Source of the DNA: a virus
Taxonomy: Duplodnaviria > Caudoviricetes
Length of the DNA stretch: 64,000 nt
Strand: one strand, 5' to 3'
IMG/VR virus record: IMGVR_UViG_3300005573_000088
Span: 5,237 to 69,236 of that record
Made by a program: the position numbers and the translations under genes. Below, in pieces: positions 38,268 to 48,254 of this stretch; the stretch's first letter is position 1; each line of letters begins with the position of its first letter. The notes beneath the pieces were generated by a model, which was not told where the DNA came from, made no database searches, and saw nothing but the letters and a program-made list of their open reading frames with translations.

Positions 38268-38477
38268 TCATTTCTTTATTTTATTGATTGGCAGTTTTTT
38301 TGTTATATCTTTAATTTCTTGATCACTAGTTAATGGGTTTATTATACTACCAGAAAAATCATTTACTTCAATTGGTTTGCTTTTCATATTGAGAAAAGTT
38401 AGTATAATAATTGTTAATACAACTACAACTAGTGCTGGAAGTGTTAATTTTATTTCCATAAAAATCCTCCTTTGCAT
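38268..38477 (-). CDS. Small membrane-anchored protein
   Basis: LPALVVVVLTIIILTFL TM segment. Confidence 0.45.
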   Translation of the reverse strand: MQRRIFMEIKLTLPALVVVVLTIIILTFLNMKSKPIEVNDFSGSIINPLTSDQEIKDITKKLPINKIKK

Positions 38478-38875
38478 AGCATTTGTATTTGGTTATATAA
38501 TTCTTCCTCATACTTTTTCTCTATCATATTCTGATTCATTTTTTTTGAACTAATTTGTTTCTTAATTAATACAGGATTTAGCGTTCTATCATCCAAAAAT
38601 ACATGATATAGTGGTTTTTGGCTTGTGCATGGCGGATTAAATTTGTTTGTATTTATTCCATCGCAAGGAATTCTATTTTTGCGTAGAAAATCCCTTAATT
38701 TAGGTGTTTCTACTCTTGTAGTCCATATTAAAATTTTCCACCCCTCATTTTTTAGTCTACGCATAATCTTTATAACTGGAATAATAGGTTTTCCAAATTT
38801 TTCATGCCCTTTCCACCCACTGAACGTTACTATTACTCCATCAAAATCAAATACAGCGGTTTTATATTTAGGCAT
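38450..38875 (-). CDS. HAD-superfamily phosphatase-like protein
   Basis: AVFDFDGVI, ILIWTTR, VFLDDR. Confidence 0.75.
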   Translation of the reverse strand: MPKYKTAVFDFDGVIVTFSGWKGHEKFGKPIIPVIKIMRRLKNEGWKILIWTTRVETPKLRDFLRKNRIPCDGINTNKFNPPCTSQKPLYHVFLDDRTLNPVLIKKQISSKKMNQNMIEKKYEEELYNQIQMLCKGGFLWK

Positions 38876-39065
38876 TAATCCCTCCTTTCATATTTTCGAT
38901 TACAATATTATAATCGGGTTGTCTTTCATTTTGTTTTCTATTATTTGTAAATATAGTAATTCTGTATGGTGTATTTTCTATTATTAATTTTCCAGTGAGA
39001 TATTTTACTCCTTTTGCAGATGTTTTAAGCCACAAACAACCATTTGTTTTATTTTTATTATTCAT
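38868..39065 (-). CDS. Small DUF736-like protein
   Basis: GCLWLKTSAKGVKYLTG...FTNNRKQNERQPDY. Confidence 0.5.
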   Translation of the reverse strand: MNNKNKTNGCLWLKTSAKGVKYLTGKLIIENTPYRITIFTNNRKQNERQPDYNIVIENMKGGINA

Positions 39066-39390
39066 GTTGCCTCTTTTCATAAAGTAAACATCTTAAAATG
39101 TCTATATAATTTTGAAGATCATTAATAGTATCATCAATTGACTCATTTTTAGGATGTGATCCTTTATTAAGTAAATTGGTTAAACGATCTATTTTCATTA
39201 TAATGTAAAGTAATGCAATACCTTCTGGTTTACTTACATCAATATGTATTTTATCACAAATAAATGACACTCTCTTGAAGTTTGATAAACAGTCTTCGGT
39301 AGTAGCATAATCATAAGACTTACGATCAAAAATAGCAAAACGTTTAGAAAAACTATTTTTAACAATTTCATTAAATAGTACCTGCTCCAT
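39058..39390 (-). CDS. Nucleotide-modification-associated domain (DUF1599/Nmad1-like)
   Basis: KSYDY...NF...KIDRL..L......ESIDDTINDLQNY. Confidence 0.7.
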   Translation of the reverse strand: MEQVLFNEIVKNSFSKRFAIFDRKSYDYATTEDCLSNFKRVSFICDKIHIDVSKPEGIALLYIIMKIDRLTNLLNKGSHPKNESIDDTINDLQNYIDILRCLLYEKRQHE

Positions 39391-39553
39391 TGATTCCCCC
39401 TTTCTTATATAATTTTTCTTTTATTTTCTTATTGCAATTAGGGCATATAGTAGCATAATATAAAAAACCATCTTTATACAGAAAATCATCTCTGTTTTCA
39501 ATTCTTATTGCAAACTTTTCTTTAAATTTAATATTACAATGCGGACACTTCAT
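39371..39553 (-). CDS. Small zinc-finger protein
   Basis: CPHC and CPNC. Confidence 0.55.
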   Translation of the reverse strand: MKCPHCNIKFKEKFAIRIENRDDFLYKDGFLYYATICPNCNKKIKEKLYKKGGINGAGTI

Positions 39554-39848
39554 TTAAAATATTCCTCCTAACTCTTTCGTTAATTCTCCATCCAAACCAA
39601 ATTATCCATCTACTAGCTAAATGCATAGCATCTCTTTTTGACATTTTTTCAAATTTAATCAAATGATTTACAAGCCAATCTTCGAAGTCTCTTTTTTGTT
39701 GCTTTGTCCATGAATGCTTTAATTGCCAGTGTTTAGGCATTTTATCATTGTTTTTAAAAAGAGGATCAAAGAAAGAGAATGGGATATTAATAATACTACA
39801 TTGTTTCTTAAAAATTTCCTTAAATCTGTTTTTACTTAAAGTTTGCAT
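39534..39848 (-). CDS. Hypothetical protein
   Basis: 104-aa ORF with GGAGG SD. Confidence 0.55.
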   Translation of the reverse strand: MQTLSKNRFKEIFKKQCSIINIPFSFFDPLFKNNDKMPKHWQLKHSWTKQQKRDFEDWLVNHLIKFEKMSKRDAMHLASRWIIWFGWRINERVRRNILNEVSAL

Positions 39849-39857
39849 AACTACCTC

Positions 39858-40343
39858 CTATTTGCCAAGTTGTCCTGTTTCCTTTAACCATCCATATCTT
39901 GCTATAAGGAGTGCATCCCCATCACAAGATCCAATATTTATGTGTGGATATAGTCTTTTTGCTACCTCCTTTCCAGCAGACTTTAACTCAGGTCCAGATA
40001 ACCCATGGGGGAGCATATATTTCTGCCACTCTTTGCTATCTAAATACTCATAAGAATAACCTAATTGTTCTACTACAATAAGTGTTGCCTCAAGACAACG
40101 TATAGCCGATACTGTAGCTTTAAATCTTGCTGGATTAACCATAGGTCGTTCGATAAAGACTTTTGAATTTAAATTTTTGCTTAATATATTTTTTAACTTT
40201 GTTGTATCCACTCTATGAATCCATTGTTTCATTTTTGTGTAATTTAATTCCTTTTTTACTGGAATTGGATAGAACTCTACGGTTTGTTCATCTAAAATTG
40301 CAATTGCTCCTGTAACACCATTGTCAATCCCTACTATTTTCAT
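39858..40343 (-). CDS. RuvC-like Holliday junction resolvase
   Basis: IVGIDNG, VFIERP and DGDALLIA RNase H-fold acidic residues; ATG overlaps the upstream TAA. Confidence 0.8.
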   Translation of the reverse strand: MKIVGIDNGVTGAIAILDEQTVEFYPIPVKKELNYTKMKQWIHRVDTTKLKNILSKNLNSKVFIERPMVNPARFKATVSAIRCLEATLIVVEQLGYSYEYLDSKEWQKYMLPHGLSGPELKSAGKEVAKRLYPHINIGSCDGDALLIARYGWLKETGQLGK

Positions 40344-40819
40344 TAAAATCTTACCCCTGCCTTTATACCAAATTTTGTTTCTGTATTTCCCCACAAAATA
40401 CCTACTCCTACAAATACGTTCTTAAATATACTTCTCTGGTATTCTATAGCATATACGTTTTTCCAAAAATATCCACCAGAAACCAGATTTTTCCTTTCTT
40501 TTTCTGTAACTCGATTTACAATTGCATTTGTTGTGCTAACAACAGAGATCTCTTTCATTCCATCTATAATTTTATTTAATCGCTCAATTTCTATACCATA
40601 TTTATCTGATATTTCTTTTTTTTCTTGATCTGTCAAATGGATATATTTAACAGTAGTTGATGTAGATCCAGCAATAACTGGCATTGAATTCTTAATATCA
40701 ATATACTCACTGTTTAGCAAATCATATTTTCCTTTTAATATATGATACTGTTTTTCCTCATAAACTACCATACAAACCAAAATTACAATTAATACAATTG
40801 ATACAATTTTAACTTTCAT
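40343..40819 (-). CDS. Membrane-anchored coiled-coil protein with beta-strand C-terminus
   Basis: N-terminal TM, central helix, alternating-residue strands ending ...GIKAGVRF. Confidence 0.5.
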   Translation of the reverse strand: MKVKIVSIVLIVILVCMVVYEEKQYHILKGKYDLLNSEYIDIKNSMPVIAGSTSTTVKYIHLTDQEKKEISDKYGIEIERLNKIIDGMKEISVVSTTNAIVNRVTEKERKNLVSGGYFWKNVYAIEYQRSIFKNVFVGVGILWGNTETKFGIKAGVRF

Positions 40820-41204
40820 TCTTTCCTCCTTTATATAATAACATCTTTTTTAACCTTCTAATCGAACGTTTTATGTGCATTCTTACACTACTCTGACTTA
40901 TTCCAAGTTCGTCTCCTATTTTCTTAAGTGATAACCCTTCAAAAAAATGCATGCGAAGACATTGAATTTGTTTTTCTGACAAGTATTTAGATGCTTTTAC
41001 AACTGACTTAAGCAACTTCTCAGATTTTTCAGAATATTTCCAGATATTTCCCGTATCATCAAAACGCATATCCATATAATACGGATCCGAAGGAACTTCG
41101 TTATATGATATACGTTTTTTAATCTCAATTCCATTATCCTTAAGAAACTTATCTGTGTGTTTTTCAATATTATTCATAATAGATTTATTTTTTTTATTCA
41201 TCAA
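40809..41204 (-). CDS. Sigma70 region-4-like HTH transcription regulator
   Basis: LSEKQIQCLRMHFFEGLSLKKIGDELGISQSSVRMHIKRSIRRL. Confidence 0.8.
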   Translation of the reverse strand: MMNKKNKSIMNNIEKHTDKFLKDNGIEIKKRISYNEVPSDPYYMDMRFDDTGNIWKYSEKSEKLLKSVVKASKYLSEKQIQCLRMHFFEGLSLKKIGDELGISQSSVRMHIKRSIRRLKKMLLYKGGKNES

Positions 41205-41884
41205 AAAAAATGTCCTTGTCTAATTTCACATTCAAGTCTTTCTTTTATCTCTTTGCAATATTTTTCAGATATTTCTATTCCAACCCATTTTCTTTTCAAT
41301 CTTTCGCAGGACAGGGCTGTTGTTCCTGATCCTATAAAGCAGTCGAGAATTACATCAGACTCGTCTACAGAGCATCTTTTTAGCAACTTTGTCCAAAAAT
41401 TTATTGGTTTTGGACAAGGATGCAGGATACATTTAGGAGGTGTTTCCTCATATGCTATGACATCAGATACACATCCCATACGCTTCTCTAAATATGGATC
41501 AGGACCATATACAAGTATTGGCTGGAAACAATTAAACCCCCATTTTGAATAATTTGCTCCACCTTTATACACCCAAATTAGCATCCAGTCTGATTTAGGG
41601 TATTTTTTAATATTATTTATCCCAGGAGTCAGTGCTATGCGTTTAGATATTTTTAATAATAATGGCATAATCCAGTTTATTAATGAATCTAGATTTTTTT
41701 CATTATCATCATAATTATCATATTCAAGATTTATGCCGTAAGGTGGATCTGTTAATGTCAAGTCAAATGTATTTTCTTCAAACATAGGCAAAATCTCTTT
41801 GCAATCTGCATTATATAGGACACCATTATTTGTTTCATAATATGGCTTAATTTTAATAATTGTTTTAATTTTTTCTATGTTCAT
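41201..41884 (-). CDS. DNA N6A/N4C methyltransferase (beta class)
   Basis: TDPPY, HPCPKP, ILDCFIGSGTT. Confidence 0.92.
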   Translation of the reverse strand: MNIEKIKTIIKIKPYYETNNGVLYNADCKEILPMFEENTFDLTLTDPPYGINLEYDNYDDNEKNLDSLINWIMPLLLKISKRIALTPGINNIKKYPKSDWMLIWVYKGGANYSKWGFNCFQPILVYGPDPYLEKRMGCVSDVIAYEETPPKCILHPCPKPINFWTKLLKRCSVDESDVILDCFIGSGTTALSCERLKRKWVGIEISEKYCKEIKERLECEIRQGHFF

Positions 41885-43248
41885 TATTCAGATGGTTCAT
41901 CATCCGTATGCATTACAAACCGCATCGGCTTTACTAAAAATTCAGTCTCTATTTCTATATCAGAAGGTCCATTTCTTTGTTTTCCAATAATGATTGATGT
42001 AGAATATGAAACAATGCGTTTCATTTCAGGACTGTAGATATCTGGCTCGTAGTTTATTTTATGTCTATGCAAAAGAAGAACAAGATCAGCAGCTATTTCA
42101 ATTCCACCAGATTCTTTCAAATCAGACAACTTAGGTTTTTCTCTATCGCTTTTGTCAAATTGTCTCGAAAACTGCGACAAAATTACAACCCCACAGTTGC
42201 AGTCACCAGCCATTTCTTTCAAATTATTACATATTTCGGCAATTTCCCTATCAGGTCTATCTTTTCCTTTTATCTTCATTTGTTGTAAGTAGTCTACAAA
42301 TACAAAGTCAGCTTTTTCCTTTTCTGTTTCATTTCTTATTATATCATATGTAAGACCAGGCTTGAAATATATGTGCAACGGAATCCCACGAACTTTATCT
42401 GTCATTTCTAATACACTCTGTTTTTCTTCATCTGATATAATACCTTTTCTAACTACATTAAAATAATTAAGGTTCAATTCTGAGCAAATTATTCTATTTC
42501 TTATTTCTTTTTCTGGCATTTCTGTTGTAAAGTATAGGATTTTAAGCGATCTAGATGCAAGAGCATATGCTATCTGTGTTGCGAGACTAGTTTTCCCAAT
42601 AGATGACTTTGACCCTATGACAGTGATTGACTTTTTTTCAATACCACCAGTTGCTCTATCTAAGTCTCTTATTGTAGTTGTATATGGAACACCATTTAAA
42701 TATAATGCTCTTCTATCTTCGATATCCTTTATGAAATCCTGCAATCCTTCTCCGAACCTATAGATATTTTCAGATTTTACTGAATTACACACTTTATCAA
42801 TTTGTGATTTAAATTCTTCTATTATTATATCAGAAAAATGTTCTTCTTTGCAACTATTATACAACTGATATGATAGTTTTTGAATCATTCTTGCTTTCCA
42901 TTTTTCCATTAAAATTTGCAAGTATGACTCAAAAATCGCCACTGACTGTATTGAATTTACAACATCAAATAAATATGATGGTCCTATGTAATCGTATCTG
43001 CCCATCTCTTTTAATTTATTAGCTACAGTTAACTGATCTATATCCTTTTTTTCTTCTGCTAATTTGTCAAAGGATTTGAAAATAATCCTATTTTTATCAC
43101 TGTAAAAATAAAACTCATTTATAAATCTTTTTGCTTTGACAAACAAACTTTGATCTACAAGGATACATCCAATTATACCCACTTCCGCTTCTAACGAAAA
43201 TGGTGGCTGTTCTAAAAACCGATCCTTTGGTGAAGGCAAACTTTTCAT
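41884..43248 (-). CDS. dnaB: Replicative DNA helicase DnaB
   Basis: PPFSLEAEVGIIG, GSKSSIGKT, FVDYLQ, LSQFSR, DLKESGGIE..AD, KQRNGP. Confidence 0.93.
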   Translation of the reverse strand: MKSLPSPKDRFLEQPPFSLEAEVGIIGCILVDQSLFVKAKRFINEFYFYSDKNRIIFKSFDKLAEEKKDIDQLTVANKLKEMGRYDYIGPSYLFDVVNSIQSVAIFESYLQILMEKWKARMIQKLSYQLYNSCKEEHFSDIIIEEFKSQIDKVCNSVKSENIYRFGEGLQDFIKDIEDRRALYLNGVPYTTTIRDLDRATGGIEKKSITVIGSKSSIGKTSLATQIAYALASRSLKILYFTTEMPEKEIRNRIICSELNLNYFNVVRKGIISDEEKQSVLEMTDKVRGIPLHIYFKPGLTYDIIRNETEKEKADFVFVDYLQQMKIKGKDRPDREIAEICNNLKEMAGDCNCGVVILSQFSRQFDKSDREKPKLSDLKESGGIEIAADLVLLLHRHKINYEPDIYSPEMKRIVSYSTSIIIGKQRNGPSDIEIETEFLVKPMRFVMHTDDEPSE

Positions 43249-43262
43249 TCAAATTGAAATAA

Positions 43263-43862
43263 TTACTCCCTAATATACTCATTTGAAACATTTGAATTAA
43301 TTTCATTGGACTGATTTATATCTTGCCAGTAGTATTGATACGAATTAAGCAAATTTTTTAGATTCCATCTTTTCCCATACTTTTGTTCCATCCAGAAACA
43401 CACTCTTATTGCTGTTTCTAATCCTATCTTTTTGATAATGTTGCTTGCAATTCTTGTATATTGACTAAAATACGCTCTATCCCAATCAGGTTGTTTGTCA
43501 AATCCTTTCATCTTTTTGTAATGTTCTATTAATATTTGATGTGGTAGGAGTTTATTTACAAATTTATCGCAAATTTCATCAACAATTTTGATTATTTCTG
43601 GATCTGTAATTCTATTTTCCATAATCTTTCTTAAGTTTGACTCAAATACAGGGTTAAGACCTATTGTGCCATTGTCATCCTTGCAAAAATAACTTAAAAG
43701 TACTTGATCTTTTTTATTAAGCCACTCTGCTATGTCAATTCTCAATAGTGTAGCAATTTCCGTATCAGAAATAGGTTCAGAATTGGTTTTTATTAGTTTG
43801 CCTCTAACTGGGCTAAAGCAACAATAACAGGCTAATAAAAATCTAATTTTGTCTATTTCCAT
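43263..43862 (-). CDS. Hypothetical protein, possible replication initiator/helicase loader
   Basis: Position directly upstream of dnaB; no firm motif. Confidence 0.45.
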   Translation of the reverse strand: MEIDKIRFLLACYCCFSPVRGKLIKTNSEPISDTEIATLLRIDIAEWLNKKDQVLLSYFCKDDNGTIGLNPVFESNLRKIMENRITDPEIIKIVDEICDKFVNKLLPHQILIEHYKKMKGFDKQPDWDRAYFSQYTRIASNIIKKIGLETAIRVCFWMEQKYGKRWNLKNLLNSYQYYWQDINQSNEINSNVSNEYIRE

Positions 43863-43873
43863 ATGGTCTCCAA

Positions 43874-44911
43874 TTATATTCGTGTAAGTTGTTTTTGTTT
43901 ATTATTGTAAATAGGAGACAGTTTACCAATATCTTCTTTTGACATTTTGCTGTCAGCTAATCTTTTTGCTATATCTCGAAGCTCGTTCAGTGTTTTGCAC
44001 TTTTCTATTTCATTTTCCCATTTTGTTAATATATCTTCATTTGTACTTGACTCAATTTGTCTTTGCTTTTGTATCGCTTGTTCAAAAAAATCATCTGTAT
44101 TTTTTGGTTTTTCATCTGTTTTAACTGGTGACTCTACATTTTCTGATTCTATTTTTTCTAGTGGAATAATGTCCTCTGGTACTTCTTTTTCCTCTTCTGT
44201 AGGAACTGGGATTAGTCGTTTAGATTCATTTCTTTTTTTAATTATGTCAATAAGACTTTCGCTGATTACCATTGACATAATTGGAAGTTTACGAGTCCCA
44301 GTTTTAGTTTCATTGTTTTCTATATACTTATATGGAATATCTTGAAGTTGAACAATTAATTTGCAGTATATTTCTGAAATCATTCTTTGTGAAAGTTGTG
44401 AGTATGCCATAACCATATATATTGCTCCATTTAAGTTTCTAATGGAATTATACGACCCAGTATCAATTTGCCAAATTCCACCTCCAGATACATATGGTAG
44501 CATAAATTTTAAGTTTCCAACTTTTTTGCATTTGCCATTTTTCATATACTCACAGTTTACACACGCTCCTTTTTTCTCTGCCCATTGACCTATTTTCTCA
44601 TCTAACGCCAATGCATCTTCACCATTGCCTCTACAAATAAGTATACCGCTCTGTCCTCTTTTAGCATATCGTTTCCACCACTGCGGAAAAATATCATCGA
44701 TAGTATTGAATGGCAGTATAATATCGAGAGACTTTGGTTTATCTCCATAAACTTTATGAAAAGCTTCGTTTGACTCCTTACTTGTGCTACTATCTTCCTT
44801 CACATAAAAATAATCTACAGGCTCTGGGTAACCTTTTCCAGTCTGAATTCCCAAATGAATTTTCCCAATTCTAGGGAACGACGGTTTATCCGTAAGTCCT
44901 TTGATGCTCAT
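43874..44911 (-). CDS. Gp3-like/recombination-directionality-factor-like protein
   Basis: FPRIGKIHLG...DYF...LDIILP...CRGNGE...C..C...C..VGNL.F.LP...GIWQIDTGS.NS. Confidence 0.6.
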   Translation of the reverse strand: MSIKGLTDKPSFPRIGKIHLGIQTGKGYPEPVDYFYVKEDSSTSKESNEAFHKVYGDKPKSLDIILPFNTIDDIFPQWWKRYAKRGQSGILICRGNGEDALALDEKIGQWAEKKGACVNCEYMKNGKCKKVGNLKFMLPYVSGGGIWQIDTGSYNSIRNLNGAIYMVMAYSQLSQRMISEIYCKLIVQLQDIPYKYIENNETKTGTRKLPIMSMVISESLIDIIKKRNESKRLIPVPTEEEKEVPEDIIPLEKIESENVESPVKTDEKPKNTDDFFEQAIQKQRQIESSTNEDILTKWENEIEKCKTLNELRDIAKRLADSKMSKEDIGKLSPIYNNKQKQLTRI

Positions 44912-45153
44912 AATACACCTCCTATTTTTAATTTTGTTGCTTCCTTGATATATTCTACTTTTTCTTTTATAGTCATATTTTCCAATTCATTCCATAATCG
45001 CAAGTAGAAATGCCCATATAATTTGCTATTAATATCTCTACATTTTCCGTGAATAAATCCCACAGGAATAGAATGATTTATGCAATATCTATGTAACTCA
45101 CTATAATCTCTCGATATAATATGATATCTATCGTTAATAAGCACTTTTTTCAT
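44908..45153 (-). CDS. Hypothetical protein
   Basis: 81-aa ORF coupled to neighbours. Confidence 0.45.
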   Translation of the reverse strand: MKKVLINDRYHIISRDYSELHRYCINHSIPVGFIHGKCRDINSKLYGHFYLRLWNELENMTIKEKVEYIKEATKLKIGGVL

Positions 45154-46325
45154 TTTCTTGCCAAAAATCTCATCGGCATAACTACGCAGATGTAGTTTTT
45201 CCTTCCAACTGGCCTTACTATTACGGCATCAATCGACCCGTTTAGTTCGAATATTATATTTTCTTCATCTATATTTTTTAATATATCTATTATGTATTTG
45301 AAATTGAATGCAGTCTCTATATTCTGACCTTCGGATTTTATTTCTATTTCAACATCTCCACTTCCTATCCCTTGACTTACAGCAGAAAGTTTAAGGCCTG
45401 TCTTACCGAATGAATATTTTATTGCACCAGACTTGTCTGCTGCGAAAAGAGACATCTGTTTTGTGGCAGAAAGTAAACTCTGTCTATTCACTTCAATATG
45501 TATCTGGTTTTTTTTAGGTATAACCTGCTCATAGTTCGGGAATGTGCCATCTATAAGTCTTGAGACAATTGTTATATCATTTAATTGAAAAGCTATTTGA
45601 TTTTCATTTATGCTGAATTTAATTGTCTTACCTTTAACAGGCTCAATAAGTGAGATTATTTTTATAACCTCATTTATTGTCTTTGTAGGAACAATTCCTT
45701 TGGAAATTATATTGGTTTCTTTTGTTTCTGAAATAGCATTGTTAAAAATATATGCAAGTCTTCTACCATCAGTTGCAACCATCTTTAATTGTTTTTCTTC
45801 TATAATAAAGTAAACGCCATTTAGACTGTATCTTGTTTCTTCAGTTGAAACTGCAAATATAGTTTTCTTTATCATTTCGCTCATCAGTTCCATATCTATT
45901 GTAAATGCACCTTTCTCAGAAAATTCTGGCAGTGCAGGATAATCTTCAACAGATGTTCCCATAAGTACAAAATGTGATTTTCCTGACTTTATATCAACGT
46001 GTGATTCTTTATCAACTTTTATCTCTATTTTGTCATCTTTACTTAATTCTCCTATCAAACTACCAAAACGTTTTGCTGGTATTGTACATCCACCACCTTC
46101 TATTATTTTTGCATCAATATAGCATTTTAAGCCTATCTCAAGGTCCGTAGACACCATTTTAATTTTACCAGCAGATCTTGAGCCGGCTTTTGTTTCCGTT
46201 TCAATAAGAAAATTACCCAGTATGGGTAGTGTTGCTTTTGATGAAACTGCTGTTTCTATAATCCTTATACCTTTAAGAAGATTTTCTTTTTCGCATACTA
46301 TATGCATTTTTTCCTCCAGTATCAA
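45150..46325 (-). CDS. dnaN: DNA polymerase III beta sliding clamp
   Basis: TLPILGNFL, STDLE, YSLNGV, VATDGRRL, SRLIDGTFPNYEQVIP, AFN.KY..D, VVMPM. Confidence 0.96.
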   Translation of the reverse strand: MILEEKMHIVCEKENLLKGIRIIETAVSSKATLPILGNFLIETETKAGSRSAGKIKMVSTDLEIGLKCYIDAKIIEGGGCTIPAKRFGSLIGELSKDDKIEIKVDKESHVDIKSGKSHFVLMGTSVEDYPALPEFSEKGAFTIDMELMSEMIKKTIFAVSTEETRYSLNGVYFIIEEKQLKMVATDGRRLAYIFNNAISETKETNIISKGIVPTKTINEVIKIISLIEPVKGKTIKFSINENQIAFQLNDITIVSRLIDGTFPNYEQVIPKKNQIHIEVNRQSLLSATKQMSLFAADKSGAIKYSFGKTGLKLSAVSQGIGSGDVEIEIKSEGQNIETAFNFKYIIDILKNIDEENIIFELNGSIDAVIVRPVGRKNYICVVMPMRFLARK

Positions 46326-47116
46326 AAAAAATTAGCCCTATCCTTTTTAATTTCTGGTATTTTTACATCTTTATTTTCAAGTAATAGGCTTTTTGCCTTT
46401 TCAATAAGTTCTTGTTCATATATTTGTCCACATATATCTATAACATCACAGTACCTGCATATCCACTGCTCTGATGCTAGTGGTTTTGGTGGTATAACGT
46501 GTTCTGCTAATGCTTTTTTTAATACCTGTACTCTTGGTCGTAGAAAGTCTTCTATAGCATTTATTTCCCATACAGGAGCTTTGATTTTTCTACACTCTTT
46601 CATAGATAAATACTGCACTTCAAGAACTTTTATATCATATTCTGGATAAACTAGCCATCTATATCCATTTAACTGTTGGATATGATGTGGAAAAGGCGAG
46701 TCAAATATAGGTGGTTTTTCGCAAGTTTTATAATCTCTTATCAACATAAATTTCGGCTTCAGTAGATCTGGCTGACCACTTATTTTTTCTCCATCAATCT
46801 CTTTCCAAAACCGTTTTTCACAAATGCCATCGAAATTACCCTTTTCTACAATAGCATGGGCAATCTTGCCTCTAAATGACCAATACATATGTTCAATGTT
46901 GCCATAGAAATCATAGTTTTTTTCTAAATAAACTTTACGTGGACATGTCAGTAAAGACGTAATACTTATCCCTTCCCTCTCTTCAAGATAGCTTTTAAGA
47001 ATTTCCCTTACCAGTGTTTCAGAAAATGGGCATGGATTGATAAGATACTTGCTACATTTATAACATTTATAAAAACTTACTTTTCCTCTATATTGACAAT
47101 CAATTCCTACAATCAT
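46322..47116 (-). CDS. Cas4-like PD-(D/E)xK exonuclease
   Basis: TCPRK, GQPDL, RDYKT, QQLNGY, CRYC...C (Fe-S cysteines). Confidence 0.82.
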   Translation of the reverse strand: MIVGIDCQYRGKVSFYKCYKCSKYLINPCPFSETLVREILKSYLEEREGISITSLLTCPRKVYLEKNYDFYGNIEHMYWSFRGKIAHAIVEKGNFDGICEKRFWKEIDGEKISGQPDLLKPKFMLIRDYKTCEKPPIFDSPFPHHIQQLNGYRWLVYPEYDIKVLEVQYLSMKECRKIKAPVWEINAIEDFLRPRVQVLKKALAEHVIPPKPLASEQWICRYCDVIDICGQIYEQELIEKAKSLLLENKDVKIPEIKKDRANFF

Positions 47117-47125
47117 ATAATTGCT

Positions 47126-47471
47126 TTAATATAGTAATTTGTCCTCAAACTTTAGTATATCCACGCCTTTCAAATCACAACCTCTGACGTCAAGCGAACC
47201 GTCATATTTTTTTGGTAACTGGGGCATTACGTGCCGTAAAAAAGCATTGAAATTGGGGAATTTCTGTTTCAACATTTCTTTACAGTATTTCTCTGTATAT
47301 GATTTTTTTTCATCTTCTTCACACAATATCACCATCTGGTCTATAGTGTCCCTCCCCCCACACGCTCAAGTCAAGTCCCAGTGCTTTTTCCGTATTCCCG
47401 TGCGATGTCAAGTCCCATACTTTGATTTCCCCTGTTTTCGGGTTATAAAAAAAACTTGCAAATTCACACAT
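47126..47471 (-). pseudogene. Probable single gene split by frameshift (50-aa + 69-aa ORFs)
   Basis: ORF 47319-47471 (MCEFASFFYNPKTGEIKVWDLTSHG..., GGAGG SD) overlaps ORF 47126-47335 by 17 nt in another frame; the downstream ORF lacks a clear SD. Confidence 0.45.
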
Positions 47472-47486
47472 CTTTGCCTCCCTTCC

Positions 47487-47585
47487 CTACTTATTTAATT
47501 TCACTGCCAGATGCACAGTGTTGTCATCAATCTTTTCTAAAAAATCAGAATAATCCATTAAATAAATATTATTAATTTCAAGCAT
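47487..47585 (-). pseudogene. N-terminal stub of a DNA methyltransferase
   Basis: MLEINNIYLMDYSDFLEKIDDNTVHLAV resembles the start of beta-class MTases but stops where DPPY would follow. Confidence 0.55.
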
Positions 47586-47646
47586 ATTTTTTATTGTCTT
47601 TCCATATTATTAATTTCATACTTAGTTTATATAATTATTCATCTCG

Positions 47647-47865
47647 TTAAATTTCGTCTTCACCGCTTCCAATTGTTTCTGGTTTCTTAATTGTAAGAAT
47701 TATATCAAATATACATCTATCGTAATACATTGTTTCTGATGCAATTTTTTTGTCTGTCTCTGGTATATTTAGCGTTAGTTTAATTCCTCCTTCTTGACAT
47801 GTAACTATCTTTCCAAAACTAGCTTGAAATCTCAATTGTTTTATATGATTTATCATTGTCTTCAT
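47647..47865 (-). CDS. Hypothetical protein
   Basis: 72-aa ORF. Confidence 0.45.
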   Translation of the reverse strand: MKTMINHIKQLRFQASFGKIVTCQEGGIKLTLNIPETDKKIASETMYYDRCIFDIILTIKKPETIGSGEDEI

Positions 47866-48164
47866 CTATTATTTATATATTCCTTGAAAAGTCTGCTTGG
47901 TTTAAACATAATCTTATCAAATGTATAAGACATATTTTTCTTTGATTCGTATCGTGTAGTCTTTCTCAAATAAAATTTTCCTATAGACGGTAGATAAAAT
48001 TCTCTTTTTGTTTTGAGGTATATGGGGAATATCTTAATAAATGTGCGAAGAACCGTATATGCTATTCGCCTACTATATCTTGAATAGATTGCTACATCTG
48101 TTAGAAATGCGCCTAATCTAATTCGTCTCCAAACAGGAAAGGATTTTTGTAATTGCAATTGCAT
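47862..48164 (-). CDS. HU/IHF-like DNA-binding protein
   Basis: Two N-terminal helices then EFYLPSIGKFYLRKTTR...KIMFKPSRLFKEYIN, matching the HU arm pattern. Confidence 0.6.
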   Translation of the reverse strand: MQLQLQKSFPVWRRIRLGAFLTDVAIYSRYSRRIAYTVLRTFIKIFPIYLKTKREFYLPSIGKFYLRKTTRYESKKNMSYTFDKIMFKPSRLFKEYINNR

Positions 48165-48194
48165 ATCTCTACTCGTAATTTACGTTATATATTA

Positions 48195-48223
48195 ATTATA
48201 GCATATTAAAATTATTTTGTCAA
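48195..48223 (-). promoter_or_regulatory. Sigma70 consensus promoter
   Basis: TTGACA-17 nt-TATAAT with extended TG on the minus strand. Confidence 0.85.
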
Positions 48224-48254
48224 TACCATATGAAAATTTTCTTATCTCGTATTT

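Noticed and set aside
21670-46325. Specific host assignment
   Set aside because: GT9-like genes and the possible beta-signal protein hint at a diderm host, but no taxon can be supported without a DnaN/MTase search.
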